Assembly: GCA_951406725.2 (NCBI GenBank)
Contig: OX597824.1
Span: forward strand, 79,050,001 to 79,114,000
Origin: Octopus vulgaris
Lineage: Eukaryota
DNA: 64,000 nt
Direction of reading: 5' to 3'
Shown here: piece by piece, positions 1 to 11,687 of the stretch
Layout of the letters: every line of letters starts with the position of its first letter
Position numbering within the stretch: the stretch's first letter is position 1
Translations under genes and position numbers: made by a program
Notes under the pieces: generated by a model
What the model saw: the letters and a program-made list of their open reading frames with translations, nothing else
Databases searched by the model: none
What the model was told of the DNA's origin: nothing

Positions 1-337
1 CGTAAACTGATACGAGTCGAAAAGCGCACCCATTGCTGCCGTCGACATCCAGGACGACCAGTCTACCCTCCGGGTCTACGAATATTGTCCTTACTTTGAG
101 ATCCAGACTCTTGTGAAAAAGTACCGCGGTGCCACTACCGCCCATTCTCGGCAGACAGGGGGAAAAATAAATGTTGAACTGTCCGCCAAACATGGTCTTT
201 AGGGCCCGCGGATTGTGGAGTCTGGTCTCGCTTATGGCTATGATTTCTAACTTATGTGACTTTATGTCATTTAAGAGGTACCCTTGTTTCCAAGGGGACC
301 CCAAGCCACGCGCATTTACACAACCAATCTTGATCAT
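1..337 (-). CDS. LINE (L1/Tx1) ORF2 N-terminus, apurinic-like endonuclease; runs off the window
   Basis: Manual translation: MIKIGCVNARGLGSPWKQGYLLNDIKSHKLEIIAISETRL...GSGTAVLFHKSL...DPEGRLVVLDV...FRLVSVY. No stop. The N-x-RGL, SET, GTAVL and GR motifs are typical of L1/Tx1 APE domains. Confidence 0.92.
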   Translation of the reverse strand, partial: MIKIGCVNARGLGSPWKQGYLLNDIKSHKLEIIAISETRLHNPRALKTMFGGQFNIYFSPCLPRMGGSGTAVLFHKSLDLKVRTIFVDPEGRLVVLDVDGSNGCAFRLVSVY

Positions 338-2358
338 AGTTCTAATGAATTAGAATACAGAGGGTTACTTACTGCTTTCTCCTCCGTTGGTTTGTCCTCG
401 AGTAGATCCCAGTACAGTTTCTTTGTGAGATATTTTTGGCATTTACCAACCGCACTGGGGAAAATGCCTTTGAGTGTGTGGTGCAGACTTTTGGAGATGT
501 GTAATATTTTGATGTGGTCTGGTGGTGTTGTGTATGGGTGATTGTTTGTTTTTATGTCATCTTCTGTTATGTTTGTTTTTGATTGGATGTATTCCATTAA
601 ATTTGTGTTTTTGGTGTCTATGGCTGTGAGCATGTTTGCTGTATATGTTTTGGTGGTGTTGGTGTGGCTGTTGTTTGCGTTGGGTTTTGAAATGTCTTCG
701 GGAGATGTATTTCCCCCTGCTTTGTTCGTGTTTGCATTTGGTTTGGTTGTGTTTCTGCTCTTTATTTTCCTTCTTTTTGTAGCTATTTGCCATTCCTCAC
801 TGGTTTCGTCTTCCGACGAAATTTCTGAGGAATCAGAAGGGGGTAGGGGTATGTTGTGGGCTTCTATGTATGTCTGTGTAAGTGGTTGTGTTGTTGTTTT
901 CGTTGTTGTTGGTTGTTGAGTGTTTGTGTGTGTTGAGTGCGGTATAAGGGATGGGGGATCAGTTTGTGTGTGTTTTCTTTGTTTTTCTGTTCCTTTGGGT
1001 TTTGCTGTTGTTGGTGGTGTTGGTATTTTTCCAGGTGTTGAGTGGTTTTTGGTTGATGACGGATTAGCTTGGTGTGCTTCTCTTGTCGTCTTCTGTGTTG
1101 ATGGTGGTGTGGGTAGTAGAGCTTTTTTTCCGGAGTGCTTTGGTTGTGGTAGTGGTTGTTGTTGTTGCTCTTGGTGTGCAGTGGTTGGGCACGTCTTTTT
1201 CAAGTGTGTTTCGCTTCCACACAAATAGCAGCGTGGTCGCCTGCCCTCAACCACTATATAGAGTTTGTAGCCTCCTGGCAGTTCTATAGAGGTGGGTATC
1301 TTCTCTCTTGCTGCTTCATCCAATTGAAGCAGGAATTCGATTGATTTACCCACATAGTCTTTCTCTCCTAGAACCGCGATTTCCAGGATGTTTGTCTCTG
1401 ACATTGTCTCTGACATTTCAAAGCAGATGGCAGAGACCAACCATTGTGTTTCGACATCAAATGGTATGTTTTTTATTTGGACTTTCGTGACCCTTTTGTT
1501 TAAATAGACTGGTATCATTACCAAGTCGTCCGAATGTAGCTCCAATGTGGAAAAACGTTTTGCTAAACTTTCGTTGAGGAAACGTACTTGGACTGTACCA
1601 AATTTGTTTCCCCAACTGATATATTCCTTGGAGTCCCATGCAGGACGAAGGCATTTTTCGATTTTTTCCTGCGGTGCGTTTTCTGTTCTTCTTGTTTTTT
1701 TGTTTATTACTTTATAAATTATTGTTTTTTTTTTGGTGTTTTCCACGATGTGTTGTGGAATGTGAAGGTGCAATTTGTCTCCTTCTTTGGAGAAGAGTGC
1801 CTTTGTGCGGTTTATCTCTTGTGTGGTGAATGTTACAATTGTTCTTTTTTGTTTTGTTACGTCCGCAAAATTCGTTTTGAATTTGGCAGTAGAAGTGTTA
1901 ATTGTGGCAGTGTTAATTGAAGTCATGGTAGTGGTGTTGGTGTTGGCGGTATTAGCAGTAGAAGGCTTGGATGTAGCATTTGACGTCGTAGTAGTGGTGT
2001 TGGTGTTGGCGGTGTTGTCTTTGGTAGGCGGCTTTGTGCCAATTTCGTTGTTGTTGTTGTTGGTGGTGATGGTGGTGGTGCTGGCATTCATGTTTTCGTT
2101 TGTATTCATTTTTGAAATCCCTTTCTCTGTCCCTTTATCATCAACAAGTGGTGTGGGGAGTGAGGGGAAATCTAAGTTAATGTCTTTGGTCGCGGCGATG
2201 GTGAATGCGGCGTTAGATTTGTTGTTGTTGTTGTTGGTGGTGGTGATGGTGGTGACAGCGGTGTTCACGCTGCGATGTTTAGTAGTTAGTGGTAGCAATA
2301 GTGTTTTGCTACCGTTCTGCATGACTGGCGGGCTAGCCACGTGGTTTCTAGTTGCCAT
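334..2358 (-). CDS. LINE (L1/Tx1 clade) ORF1 nucleic-acid-binding protein
   Basis: Long uninterrupted ORF from ATG at 2358 (MATRNH...). Contains a CX2CX4HX4C knuckle (CYLCGSETHLKKTC) after an RRM-like region (VTKVQIKNIPFDV), with T/N/P-rich low-complexity flanks. Directly followed by an APE ORF. Confidence 0.9.
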   Translation of the reverse strand: MATRNHVASPPVMQNGSKTLLLPLTTKHRSVNTAVTTITTTNNNNNKSNAAFTIAATKDINLDFPSLPTPLVDDKGTEKGISKMNTNENMNASTTTITTNNNNNEIGTKPPTKDNTANTNTTTTTSNATSKPSTANTANTNTTTMTSINTATINTSTAKFKTNFADVTKQKRTIVTFTTQEINRTKALFSKEGDKLHLHIPQHIVENTKKKTIIYKVINKKTRRTENAPQEKIEKCLRPAWDSKEYISWGNKFGTVQVRFLNESLAKRFSTLELHSDDLVMIPVYLNKRVTKVQIKNIPFDVETQWLVSAICFEMSETMSETNILEIAVLGEKDYVGKSIEFLLQLDEAAREKIPTSIELPGGYKLYIVVEGRRPRCYLCGSETHLKKTCPTTAHQEQQQQPLPQPKHSGKKALLPTPPSTQKTTREAHQANPSSTKNHSTPGKIPTPPTTAKPKGTEKQRKHTQTDPPSLIPHSTHTNTQQPTTTKTTTQPLTQTYIEAHNIPLPPSDSSEISSEDETSEEWQIATKRRKIKSRNTTKPNANTNKAGGNTSPEDISKPNANNSHTNTTKTYTANMLTAIDTKNTNLMEYIQSKTNITEDDIKTNNHPYTTPPDHIKILHISKSLHHTLKGIFPSAVGKCQKYLTKKLYWDLLEDKPTEEKAVSNPLYSNSLEL

Positions 2359-2583
2359 TTTCAAAATGAAAAATGGCTAAAAAACCCACGAAAGTTTTGA
2401 AAGTTTTTTTGTAATTTCGCCCATACAGGGGCGGAATTCTACGTGAATAATTCTCAGGTTTTTTAGTGAATGAACTTGCACAACGATTAAAACAAAATAT
2501 TTGACAACAAGGAGTTTTAAACATGTAAAAGTGGCCAACTTACGTGGAGCCGATATGACTATCGTCCGTCCATTGTGAGTGAG

Positions 2584-2632
2584 ATAGAATGGGTAGATAG
2601 ATAGATGGGTAGATAGATGGGTAGATAGATAG

Positions 2633-2665
<33 letters not shown>

Positions 2666-2735
2666 GCATAGAAGGGTAGATGGATAGATGGATAGATAGA
2701 TAGATAGATGGGTAGATAGATAGATAGATAGATAT
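2584..2735. repeat. (GATA)n/(GATG/GGTA) microsatellite
   Basis: Seen directly. Confidence 0.95.
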
Positions 2736-2924
2736 GCATTCATAAAATATATATAAATGTATCAAAAATATATAATGAGCAACAAATGATTCCAGTCTGG
2801 TTAAAAATCATAAACACATATAATTCATATTTACACACGCACGTACACACTCCTATACACACACATATATGCATGTGTATATACACACACACATAAACTA
2901 TATATATATATAGATATATATGTA

Positions 2925-2986
<62 letters not shown>

Positions 2987-3016
2987 TGTATGTATGTATG
3001 TATATATATATATATG

Positions 3017-3047
<31 letters not shown>

Positions 3048-3147
3048 CAAGGTTTAATGTTTCCCAAATTCATCATTTTTCATTCCGCTGATTGAGCTGA
3101 GCTGGTTACGAAGCTGGTGTAATGAAATGAAGCTGCAGAATTTTAAA

Positions 3148-3248
<101 letters not shown>

Positions 3249-3647
3249 TACATACACACACACATAATGAGAAACAGACAGAGAGCGACAGAGAGCGACA
3301 GAGGAGAGACAGAAAGAGACGAAGATAAAGAGAACTTCTTTATAACACAGATCGATTTTTGAAATAGGATGTGATAAGAAGGTTTGATCCGAATATGTCA
3401 AAATTGTTCCACGTATTACAGTAATCAGTCTGCTGATTATACTTGCTTCTATGTATTTTTGTACTCTCACTGTTATTCATTTTTTTAAAATATTTTTCCT
3501 ATTCGCATGCAGTCTACTCCTTGTACAGTTGCTGGTTATACTTTATCTATATGCGCTACAGAATGATAGATTGAGTTTGATGTATGAACTCGTCTTGTTT
3601 TAGTTTTTTTCCTTTAGTCTAGTCTCTTCAATTCTGTTAACTTGAAA

Positions 3648-4044
3648 TCTTTATATATAAAAGTCAAGTTGTGTGTCTGTCTCCTACGATTTAGATTCCT
3701 AACTACTCCCACATTTTGCTGTGCAGTTTAACCAAAACCGGGTATCTTATAGTCGGGATTCATATCGAGCCCTTCATGGTATTAGCGCGCGTCTACAATG
3801 AGTCTATGATTTAAAAAATAATTTACCATAATTTTTTTCCATTTTAATGCATTTTTTCGCTATTATATAAGGGAAGAACTCTCTAAAAATGTCTACGATG
3901 AGTCAACGATTTTTTAAAAAAATTACCATCATTTTTTTTCCATTTTTAATGCATTTTTTTGCTATTTTTAGGCTATAACTCTCTAAAAATGGTTATATAG
4001 TTATTTCCCTTACAAACCCGAGCAACGCCGAGCGATACTGCTAG
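3648..4044 (+). mobile_element. Non-autonomous Helitron
   Basis: Starts TC and ends CTAG, inserted between A and T. Subterminal GC hairpin CCCGAGCAACGCCG. A second copy lies at 41303-41697. Confidence 0.8.
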
Positions 4045-4165
4045 TAAGTTATAAATCTGCAATAACTATATTGAATCTATTGTTTATAACTGGTACATCA
4101 AATGTATTTATACCTATTATTTTATTTCTAACATTGGGTTGAATTTTTAATATAGATTTTATTCA

Positions 4166-4615
4166 AGGCGGCAAGCTGGCAGAACCGTTAGGATGCCAAG
4201 CAAAATTCTCAGCGGCATTTTGTCCATTTTTATGTTCTGAATTCAAATTCCGCCGAGATCGACTTCGCTTTTCATCCTCTCAAGGTCGATAAAATAAATA
4301 CCTATTTCTTTACTACCCACAAGGGGATAAACACAGAGAAGACAAACAAGGACAGACAAACGGATTAAGTCAATAACATCGACCCCAGTGCGTAACTGGT
4401 ACTTATTTAATCGACCCCGAAAGGATGAAAGGCAAAGTGGACCTCGGTGGAATTTGAACTCAGAACGTAACGGCAGACGAAATACGACTACGCATTTCGC
4501 CCGGCGTGCTAACGTTTCTGCCAGCTCGCCGTCTTGATAAAATAAATACCAATTGAGCACTGAGGGCGATGTTATCGACCTATCTACTCCTCCGAAATTG
4601 CTGGCCTTGTACCAA
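4166..4615 (+). mobile_element. Older SINE family B copy interrupted by a younger antisense copy (4303-4535)
   Basis: 15-bp TSD GATAAAATAAATACC at 4288-4302 and 4536-4550. Body motif GCCTTTCATCCTTTCGGGGTCGATAAA is Deu/Nin-domain-like. Confidence 0.8.
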
Positions 4616-5374
4616 AAAATGTTAAGCTAAAATTGATTTTATTCCTCTGTAGTATGCTCTTTTAATTTCTTCTAATACGTGAGCGTGTCGTATCCATGCA
4701 TAGATGGATCTTACTAAATTCTCCCGTTTCAATGTCTCAGCCATTACCAGGTATCCTCCCTGTGACCAGGTGTCGGCTTGCTAGGACTCTTCAATTCCTT
4801 CTGCGTTATGCAGCATGCATAGAATCAGTCATTCCATTATTTGATGTCGTCAGTTCATAAGCGTCTTTGACAACCCCTCGTTCTCTTCTCCTCCTCATCT
4901 TTATGTCTCTAACAGGCATCGGCAACCTTTTTTGAGAACCGGGATGCATCATCAAGCGAATCACACTACAAGGTTTTTCATTGAGTGTGCCATTCAAAAA
5001 GTCCTGTGAGTCGCAAGCGGGGTTGGTTAACCTGATAGAAACAACACCCAAATCTTTCTCAAATCACACCGTTCGCATTAAAACATAAGATGGAAGAATT
5101 TGTTCTCTTTCTCCTGGTATAATCGCTTTTCCACTTTACGAGATTTTGTCCTTACTATTTTCTCGTGCAGGCCACCGTTAGTATGCTCGTATGCAACTGT
5201 TTCACTACTGGAATCAGTAATACACTTTGCTTAAATGAAAGACAAGGTGGTTATGCGGCTGAAATGTCTTTGATCGTCTGCTAAATTTCAGGACTTAACT
5301 GGGGCCAGGCAACAATAACTGTGCAAAGTCAAAATAAAAAAAAAAAAGAATTCAAGACAAAAATGGACGCATTG

Positions 5375-5635
5375 GTTACAAATCCTTAAACAGAATAGAA
5401 TGCAGACCCGTAAGTTGAGTGGGCTTAAACTGAGTCTGTAACAAACCTTTATATGTGTGTTACATATCTTTAGACGGAGTAGGTTGTAGATCCTTGAATA
5501 GATCTTCCGATTGAGCAGGGTACAGACTTAGATGGAATGGATCACGGTCCCTTAGATGGAGAGGATTGCAAGCCCTTAGGTGGAAAGGAATTGAGTTAGT
5601 CTTTTCGAGGGAGTGGGTTACAAACCCTTAAATAT
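5375..5635. repeat. Degenerate minisatellite, about 25-bp unit
   Basis: Recurring units approximating TTACAGACCCTTAGATGGAGTGGG. Confidence 0.55.
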
Positions 5636-6005
5636 AATGTGCTTATAGTCCCATCAACAGAACACACTCTTGTGTTTCCTCATTTCACAATTCCAGCTGA
5701 TGCAAATCTTCACTAGTTTCCTCTGGTTCTTAATTGCATTTACTCTTAGATAAACTTATGCTGGTTTCAATTAGTATATGCCCTGGTCATGTCTAATTTA
5801 TGGATGTGATTCGAGGACGATGCGGGCCGACGCATAACTTTCGACGATGGTATGTCGATAATATAAGTAGACATCGTTGAATAAAACCGATGAACGTCTG
5901 CTTTCGAAATAGGTGCTTTGAAAAGCAATTCGTGGTGACACTTGCTCCCCACGAGATGCACAGATAATTCACCTCCCTCGTAACTGTCGCTCTGTTCCAT
6001 CTTAC

Positions 6006-6053
6006 CATTGTAAAATGCAATGTTTCAATGATTGGTTCATTACAAGCTATAGT
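6006..6053 (-). CDS. Candidate 48-nt coding exon (TIACNEPIIETLHFTM) of an unknown host gene
   Basis: Minus strand: polypyrimidine tract TTCTTTTATATTGCGTCTTGCAG acceptor, 16 open codons, then donor ATG|GTAAGA. Phase 0-0, in non-repetitive sequence. Confidence 0.35.
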
Positions 6054-7394
6054 CTGCAAGACGCAATATAAAAGAATATATCACAGATGTACACAGTCTG
6101 TTATTGTTGTGGTTGTGATTGCTGTTGAAGGATCCCCAGTAGAGGAATGGCACGGCTGGAAAGCCTTTGAACATAGGTTCGCTCGATCGGTGTTGATTTG
6201 GGTGGGAGTATACAACAGCGCTTAGATCATCACAATCCTCATCATCATCTTCTTCCTCTTCTTTTTCCTTTTTTTTTTTTAAGTAAAAACTTCAACATTC
6301 CAGCAACTTGAAGGCTCAGGCAAGTGTAATTAGATCCAAATTCTATTTTTGAGTTGTAACATATTTCCGGTCTGCGGAATAAGACTTTTAAAAGAAGATG
6401 AAAAAAAAAAAATGAGAGAGAATAAAAAAATGAAAAGAGATGTAAGTAAAAAAAAAAAAAAAAAATGAGCGAATTCCTTAAGAAAAGTTGGTAAAGATGA
6501 AATAATTTGGTAAGCTGATAGATAAGTGACTTGTGTAAATAGTTCTTCATCGAGGTAATGTGTATGTAGTAGTGAGAGATTCATATAAATAGACCTGACG
6601 AGCAAAGTAATTCTATCTACCTGTGTGTACTTCTGATTGTCTGTTAGAGGCTGTGCGCGCGTGTGTGTGTGTGTGTGTGTGTGCGTAGGCGCGCGTGTGT
6701 TTCTGTGTGGGAGTGTGTGTGTGTGTGAGTGAGTGAGAGAGAGAGAGAGAAAGAGATTTGAAGTGCGGAAAATGTAACAATTACATAATGCAATACGTCA
6801 TATCTGTCTGTCAATTTACTTCTACACACACACATGTATATATGGAAACACACACACACACACACACATATCTATATATATATATATATATATATATATG
6901 CGTTATGCAGTGTGTATGTTAGGTAGAGTAGTGAGTCTGCCAACCAAAACAGACATAATTTTTATATTGCAGTGATAGTACGGTCGACCTTTCTTCGTTT
7001 GCATCTACCTGACGAATATTTGACAGAATGAAACGTCAAGTTATGGCCCTGTTTGACATGTCAGATCCTCACCATAACTAGTAGATACATCACTCTGTTT
7101 TGTGTGTGTGTGTGTCTTTATATCTGAGTTTCTCTCCATCACCACTGTTTGTCAACTGGTGCTGGTGTGTTTGCGTCCCTGTAACTTAGCGGTTCGGCAA
7201 AAATAACCGATAGTATAAGTACCAGACTTTGAAAAAAAAATAAATAAATGCTGGGATCGATGCATTCGACTAAAAATTCTTCAAAGCGGTGCCCCAGTAT
7301 GGCCGCAGTCAAATGCTCGAAACAAGTAAAAAGTAAGCGGTAAAGGATAAAAGATATGCATATACATATACATCTATATAAAAATAAAAAGATA

Positions 7395-7643
7395 AATGCA
7401 CCCTTTTAAAGCCTAGCCAGGTTCATGGGCCCAGTTTCCCGGTTTCTATGGCGTATGTGCTCCCCAGCTGGACGGGACGCTAGTCCATCGCAGCGTTACT
7501 CACTTTTGCCAGCTGAGTGGACTGGAGCAACGTGAAATGAAGTGTTTTGCTCAAGAACACAACGCGTCGCCCAGTCCAGGAATCGAAATCACAACCTTAC
7601 GATTATGATGCTGATACCCTAACCACTAAGCCACGCGCCTCCA
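7395..7643 (-). mobile_element. tRNA-derived SINE, family D head with an alternative tail
   Basis: Head GGAGGCGCGTGGCTTAGTGG...TTCGATTCC, CORE-like GTGTTCTTGAGCAA, tail GCGATGGACTAGCGTCCCGTCCAG. Confidence 0.7.
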
Positions 7644-7664
7644 TACATATATATATATATATAT

Positions 7665-7850
7665 AGTTCAAATTTACAGAAAACAAAAGACGAAGACAGG
7701 TGAAGAAACAACAAGCGATGTATTAGTTTAACACTCCTGAAGAGTGAAAAGGTCTTTGACGTTTCAAGCCTACGCTCTTAGGCAGAAGGGACTGAGAACG
7801 AATAAAAGGGAGAGAGAAAAAAATGGGTAGGGATTAACGGTTCAACATGA
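7665..7850 (-). mobile_element. Hammerhead-like short element, family E (diverged)
   Basis: Homologous to 30546-30740, 41751-41940 and 62450-62600. Flanked by (TA)n. Confidence 0.65.
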
Positions 7851-7864
7851 TATATATATATTTA

Positions 7865-8087
7865 CACGGTTGGCCAAAAGTAAATCAAAATTCCATAAAT
7901 ACTATTTCTAATTCTGTATTGAGTCGAATGGAAAAATGTATCGCTCAAGAAGGACTTCAGTTTAAACTATTTTCATGATGTTTCATATTTAGGTGATTTT
8001 TATTAAATTCATTCAGTTGTTAAACATAAATATATCTTGGAATTAAATGGTTCTGGTTTACTGTCAGGTGACCTTTGGCCAACCCTG
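7865..8087 (+). mobile_element. Tc1/mariner-type internally deleted element
   Basis: TIRs CACGGTTGGCCAAAAGT and ACCTTTGGCCAACCCTG with a TA flank. Internal RMEKCIAQEGLQFKLFS* resembles a transposase C-terminus. Confidence 0.7.
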
Positions 8088-8742
8088 TGTATATATATAT
8101 AATGTATGTATGTATGTATGTATGTATGTATGTATGTATGTATGTATGTATGTATGTATGTATGTATGTATGTATGTATGTATTATCCCTTGGATAACAT
8201 CAGTGGTGTAGAGAGAGGAGGCTGGTATGCATGGGCGACTGCTAGCCTTCCACAAACAATCTTGCCCTGACTTGTGCCCGGATGGTAACTTTCTAGGTGC
8301 AATCCCATGGTCATTCATGACCTGAACCTATATATATATATAGGTATGTTGATGCACACAGAAGAAATAGAACTCAAAATATGAGTATATATATATTTTT
8401 ATTAATATTTAGCAGAACAGAGTGACTCAAGGTCCGAGAGTTTCGTGCGTTCTGCTAAATAGGTCAACAGACGAATGTAAGTAAGGGCTAAACCTATTTG
8501 AAATCATAAGCTACTGGTTTAAGAAGGTTGCGCTGAATGCTGCAGTTCCTGATATACAAATAGATATTTTTATATTATAAGGGAGTACGTGGAATGGTTA
8601 ACAACATGTGCGCCTTTGATGCTAGGTTTGCTTAATCAGAGCTAACCGAGGGCTAAATGATAATAATAATAACAACAAACACCACAGGATATTCTATCCG
8701 ATGCTGTAATGTAACGACTCTTAACGGTTAGTCGCCTTTCAT

Positions 8743-9154
8743 AACTCTTTTACTCTTTTACTTGTTTCAGACATTTGACTGCGGCCATGCTGGAGCACCG
8801 CCTTTAGTCGAGCAAATCGACCCCGGGACTTATTCTTTGTAAGCCCAGTACTTATTCTATCGGTCTTTTTTGCCGAACCGCTAAGTGACGGGGACGTAAA
8901 CACACCAGCATCGGTTGTCAAGCAATGCTAGTGGGACAAACACAGACACACAAACACACACACGCATATATATATATATATACATATATACGACAGGCTT
9001 CCTTCAGTTTCCGTCTACCAAATCCACTCACAAGGCATTGGTCGCCCCGGGGCTATAGCAGAAGACACTTGCCCAAGATGCCACACAGTGGGACTGAACC
9101 CGGAACCATGTGGTTGGTTAGCAAGCTACTTACCACACAGCCACTCCTGCGCCT
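8743..9154 (-). mobile_element. tRNA-derived CORE-like SINE family A, full length
   Basis: A box TGGCTGTGTGG, B box GGTTCAGTCC, CORE-like CTTGGGCAAGTG, internal microsatellite, (GTAAAAGA)n tail. Confidence 0.85.
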
Positions 9155-9666
9155 GTATAACATATATATTTGATTTAAATCGAAAAAAACTTGAGCGCTC
9201 ACGGATTTGACAGCGTACCAAACTTTTGGGTAAAATATCTAGAATGCAGTCACAAATTGCAAATAACTCACAGGTTATTAGCTTCTCCTAATTACTGCTT
9301 ATACGTACTTTATTATTATTATTATTTTTATTTTTACATTAATCGTTATGCAAAGGATAAAATGAATGACTGCCGGAATAAAAAGGGAAAAAAAACTGCA
9401 ATTCTTCCGCTCCTAGCCTTCTCCGCTGCACGTAAAAGCAGACAGGTTGTCGAAAAAGGTTCCTGCGGCTAATAACATTAGCTACACAATAGTATATGGA
9501 TCTCTGTCAGTTATTTCTCAATGAAAATTTGGTTGTTCGATCTACGCAATTACTTGTTCATTGAATTCGCATGCAAATGCTTTGAATATTCTACTGATGC
9601 ATGTACTTTTAAAGTAATTTCAAAGTTGCAACCAGTACACATACTTACGCGCATATAGGTGTGTGA

Positions 9667-10085
9667 AAGGCGGCGAGCTGGCAGAAACGTTTGCACGCCG
9701 GGCGAAATGCTTAGTGGTACTTAGTCTGCCGTTACGTTCTGAGTTCAAATTCCGCCGAGGTCCACTTTGCCTTTCATCCTTTCGGGGTCGATTAAATAAG
9801 TACCAGTTACGCACTGGGGTCGATATAATCGACTTAATCCGTCTGTCTGTCCTTCTTTGTCTCTTCTGTGTTTAGCCACTTGTGGGTAGTAAAGAAATAG
9901 GTATTTCGTCTGCCGTTACGTTCTGAGTTCAAATTCCGCCGAGGTCCACTTTGCCTGTCATCCTTTCGGGGTCGATTAAATAAGTACCAGTTACACACTG
10001 GAGTCGATATAATCGATTTAATCCGTTTGTCTGTCCCTGTTTGTCCTCTCTGTGTTTAGCCCCTTGTGGGTAGTAAAGAAATAGG
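9667..10085 (+). mobile_element. SINE family B head-to-tail dimer
   Basis: Two bodies joined at AAGAAATAGGTATTTCGTC. Confidence 0.85.
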
Positions 10086-10091
10086 CATAAT

Positions 10092-10134
<43 letters not shown>

Positions 10135-10493
10135 GTGTGTGTGTGATGGAATTCTTCCGCCGAAGACAACGTATGAGTGTTCGTTCAGCTTTTACGCAAG
10201 CGACCTGCACAAACGATTTGTTTACAGCGATCAAATGTATGTGCCGCACATTAGCTCTCTTCCTCCATCATATCGACGTTGTCTGAATGGATGCACGATG
10301 TGCCACGCGTCAGGTGTCGAAGTGATCGCAGGGCAACGTGAGATGAAGAGTCTTGCTCAAGAACACAATACCACCACCCAGTCTAGGAAATGAAACCACG
10401 ATATCACGATCGTGTGTACAGCGACCTAACCACTAGGCCATTTGTACACACACGTTATCTATACCTACCTATATACATACATACATACATACA

Positions 10494-10529
<36 letters not shown>

Positions 10530-10896
10530 TATATATATGGCACTCCGTCGGTTGCGACGACGAGTGTCAACGGAACAGCCTGATCGTGAAATTAATGTGC
10601 AAGTGGCTGAGCACTCCACAGACACGTGTACTTTTAACGTAGTTCTCAGAGAGATTCAGCGTGACATAGAATGTGACAGAGATGGCTCTTTGAAATACAG
10701 GTACTACTCATTTTTTGGCAGCTGGGTGGACTGGAGCAACGTGAAATAAAGTGTCTTGCTGAAGGACACAACACGCCACCGGGAATTGAACAGACGACCT
10801 CATGATCGTGAACCGAATAACCCTAACCGCTAAACCATACGCTTTCACACACACACAAACAAGCACACATGCACACACACCACACACACAAATATA

Positions 10897-10936
<40 letters not shown>

Positions 10937-11687
10937 TATATGTGTGTATGTTCTGTATGTGTATATGCACGTTTGTATGTACCTATGTATCAATGGAGAG
11001 AAGTAATGCAAAGTTACTGTCCAGCAAATTTTATTCACAAAGTATCGGTCAGTCTGTGACCATGGTGGAAGGCATTTGTCCAAGGTACCGCGAAATGGAA
11101 TCAAATCGTAAAGAAGGCGCTTGCGAAATGAACTTCGTAAATTCACAACCGTGGCATGTATTATTTCATTAGAGTTTGAGAAAAAATGAGAGGCGACGAT
11201 AACCTCGGTGCCTTTTGACTGCCAAAAAGTAAGAGAACAAGTAACCCAACACCACAAAGAATTTGTTCGAGTTTTAACGATTGGCACAAGGTCGGAAATT
11301 TGTGGGGAGAAGGGCTGGTCGATTACATTGACTCCAGTGCACAACTGGTACTTATCTTATCGACTCCGTAAGGATAAAAAGCAAAGTCGGCCTCGGTGGA
11401 ATTTGAAATACAGCTAATCATTTTTCCGACATGTTAACGATTCTGACAGTTCACCGCTTTGAAACACTATCTTAATAAGCAGTTATTTAATTAAATCCTA
11501 ATTTTATTTTCAAAATTAATTGAAACAAATTGAAGCAAAGATGGCGTAATTGAAAAGAAATATGACAACAAAATGTTTAATCAAATGCGTAGGCGAGTGT
11601 CCATGACCCTTTACAGAAAATCCGAAACGAGTGAGTCGAGTGCTTGCAGCCGACTGAAATCTGCTAAAGGGAGCGAAGGACCGAACT

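Larger units (their letters stand above)
1..2583 (-). mobile_element. L1/Tx1 non-LTR retrotransposon, 5' portion with about 220 bp 5' UTR
   Basis: ORF1 plus ORF2 start. Unique sequence ends where the (GATA)n tract begins, at about 2583. Confidence 0.85.

Noticed and set aside
542-2380. Hydrophobic plus-strand ORFs
   Set aside because: They are antisense shadows of the T/N/K-rich LINE ORF1.
8739-9173. Recurrent ORFs such as MTTDAGVFTSPSLSGSAK and RSEFKFRRGRLCLSSFRGR
   Set aside because: They recur because they are translations of SINE families A and B, not a gene family.
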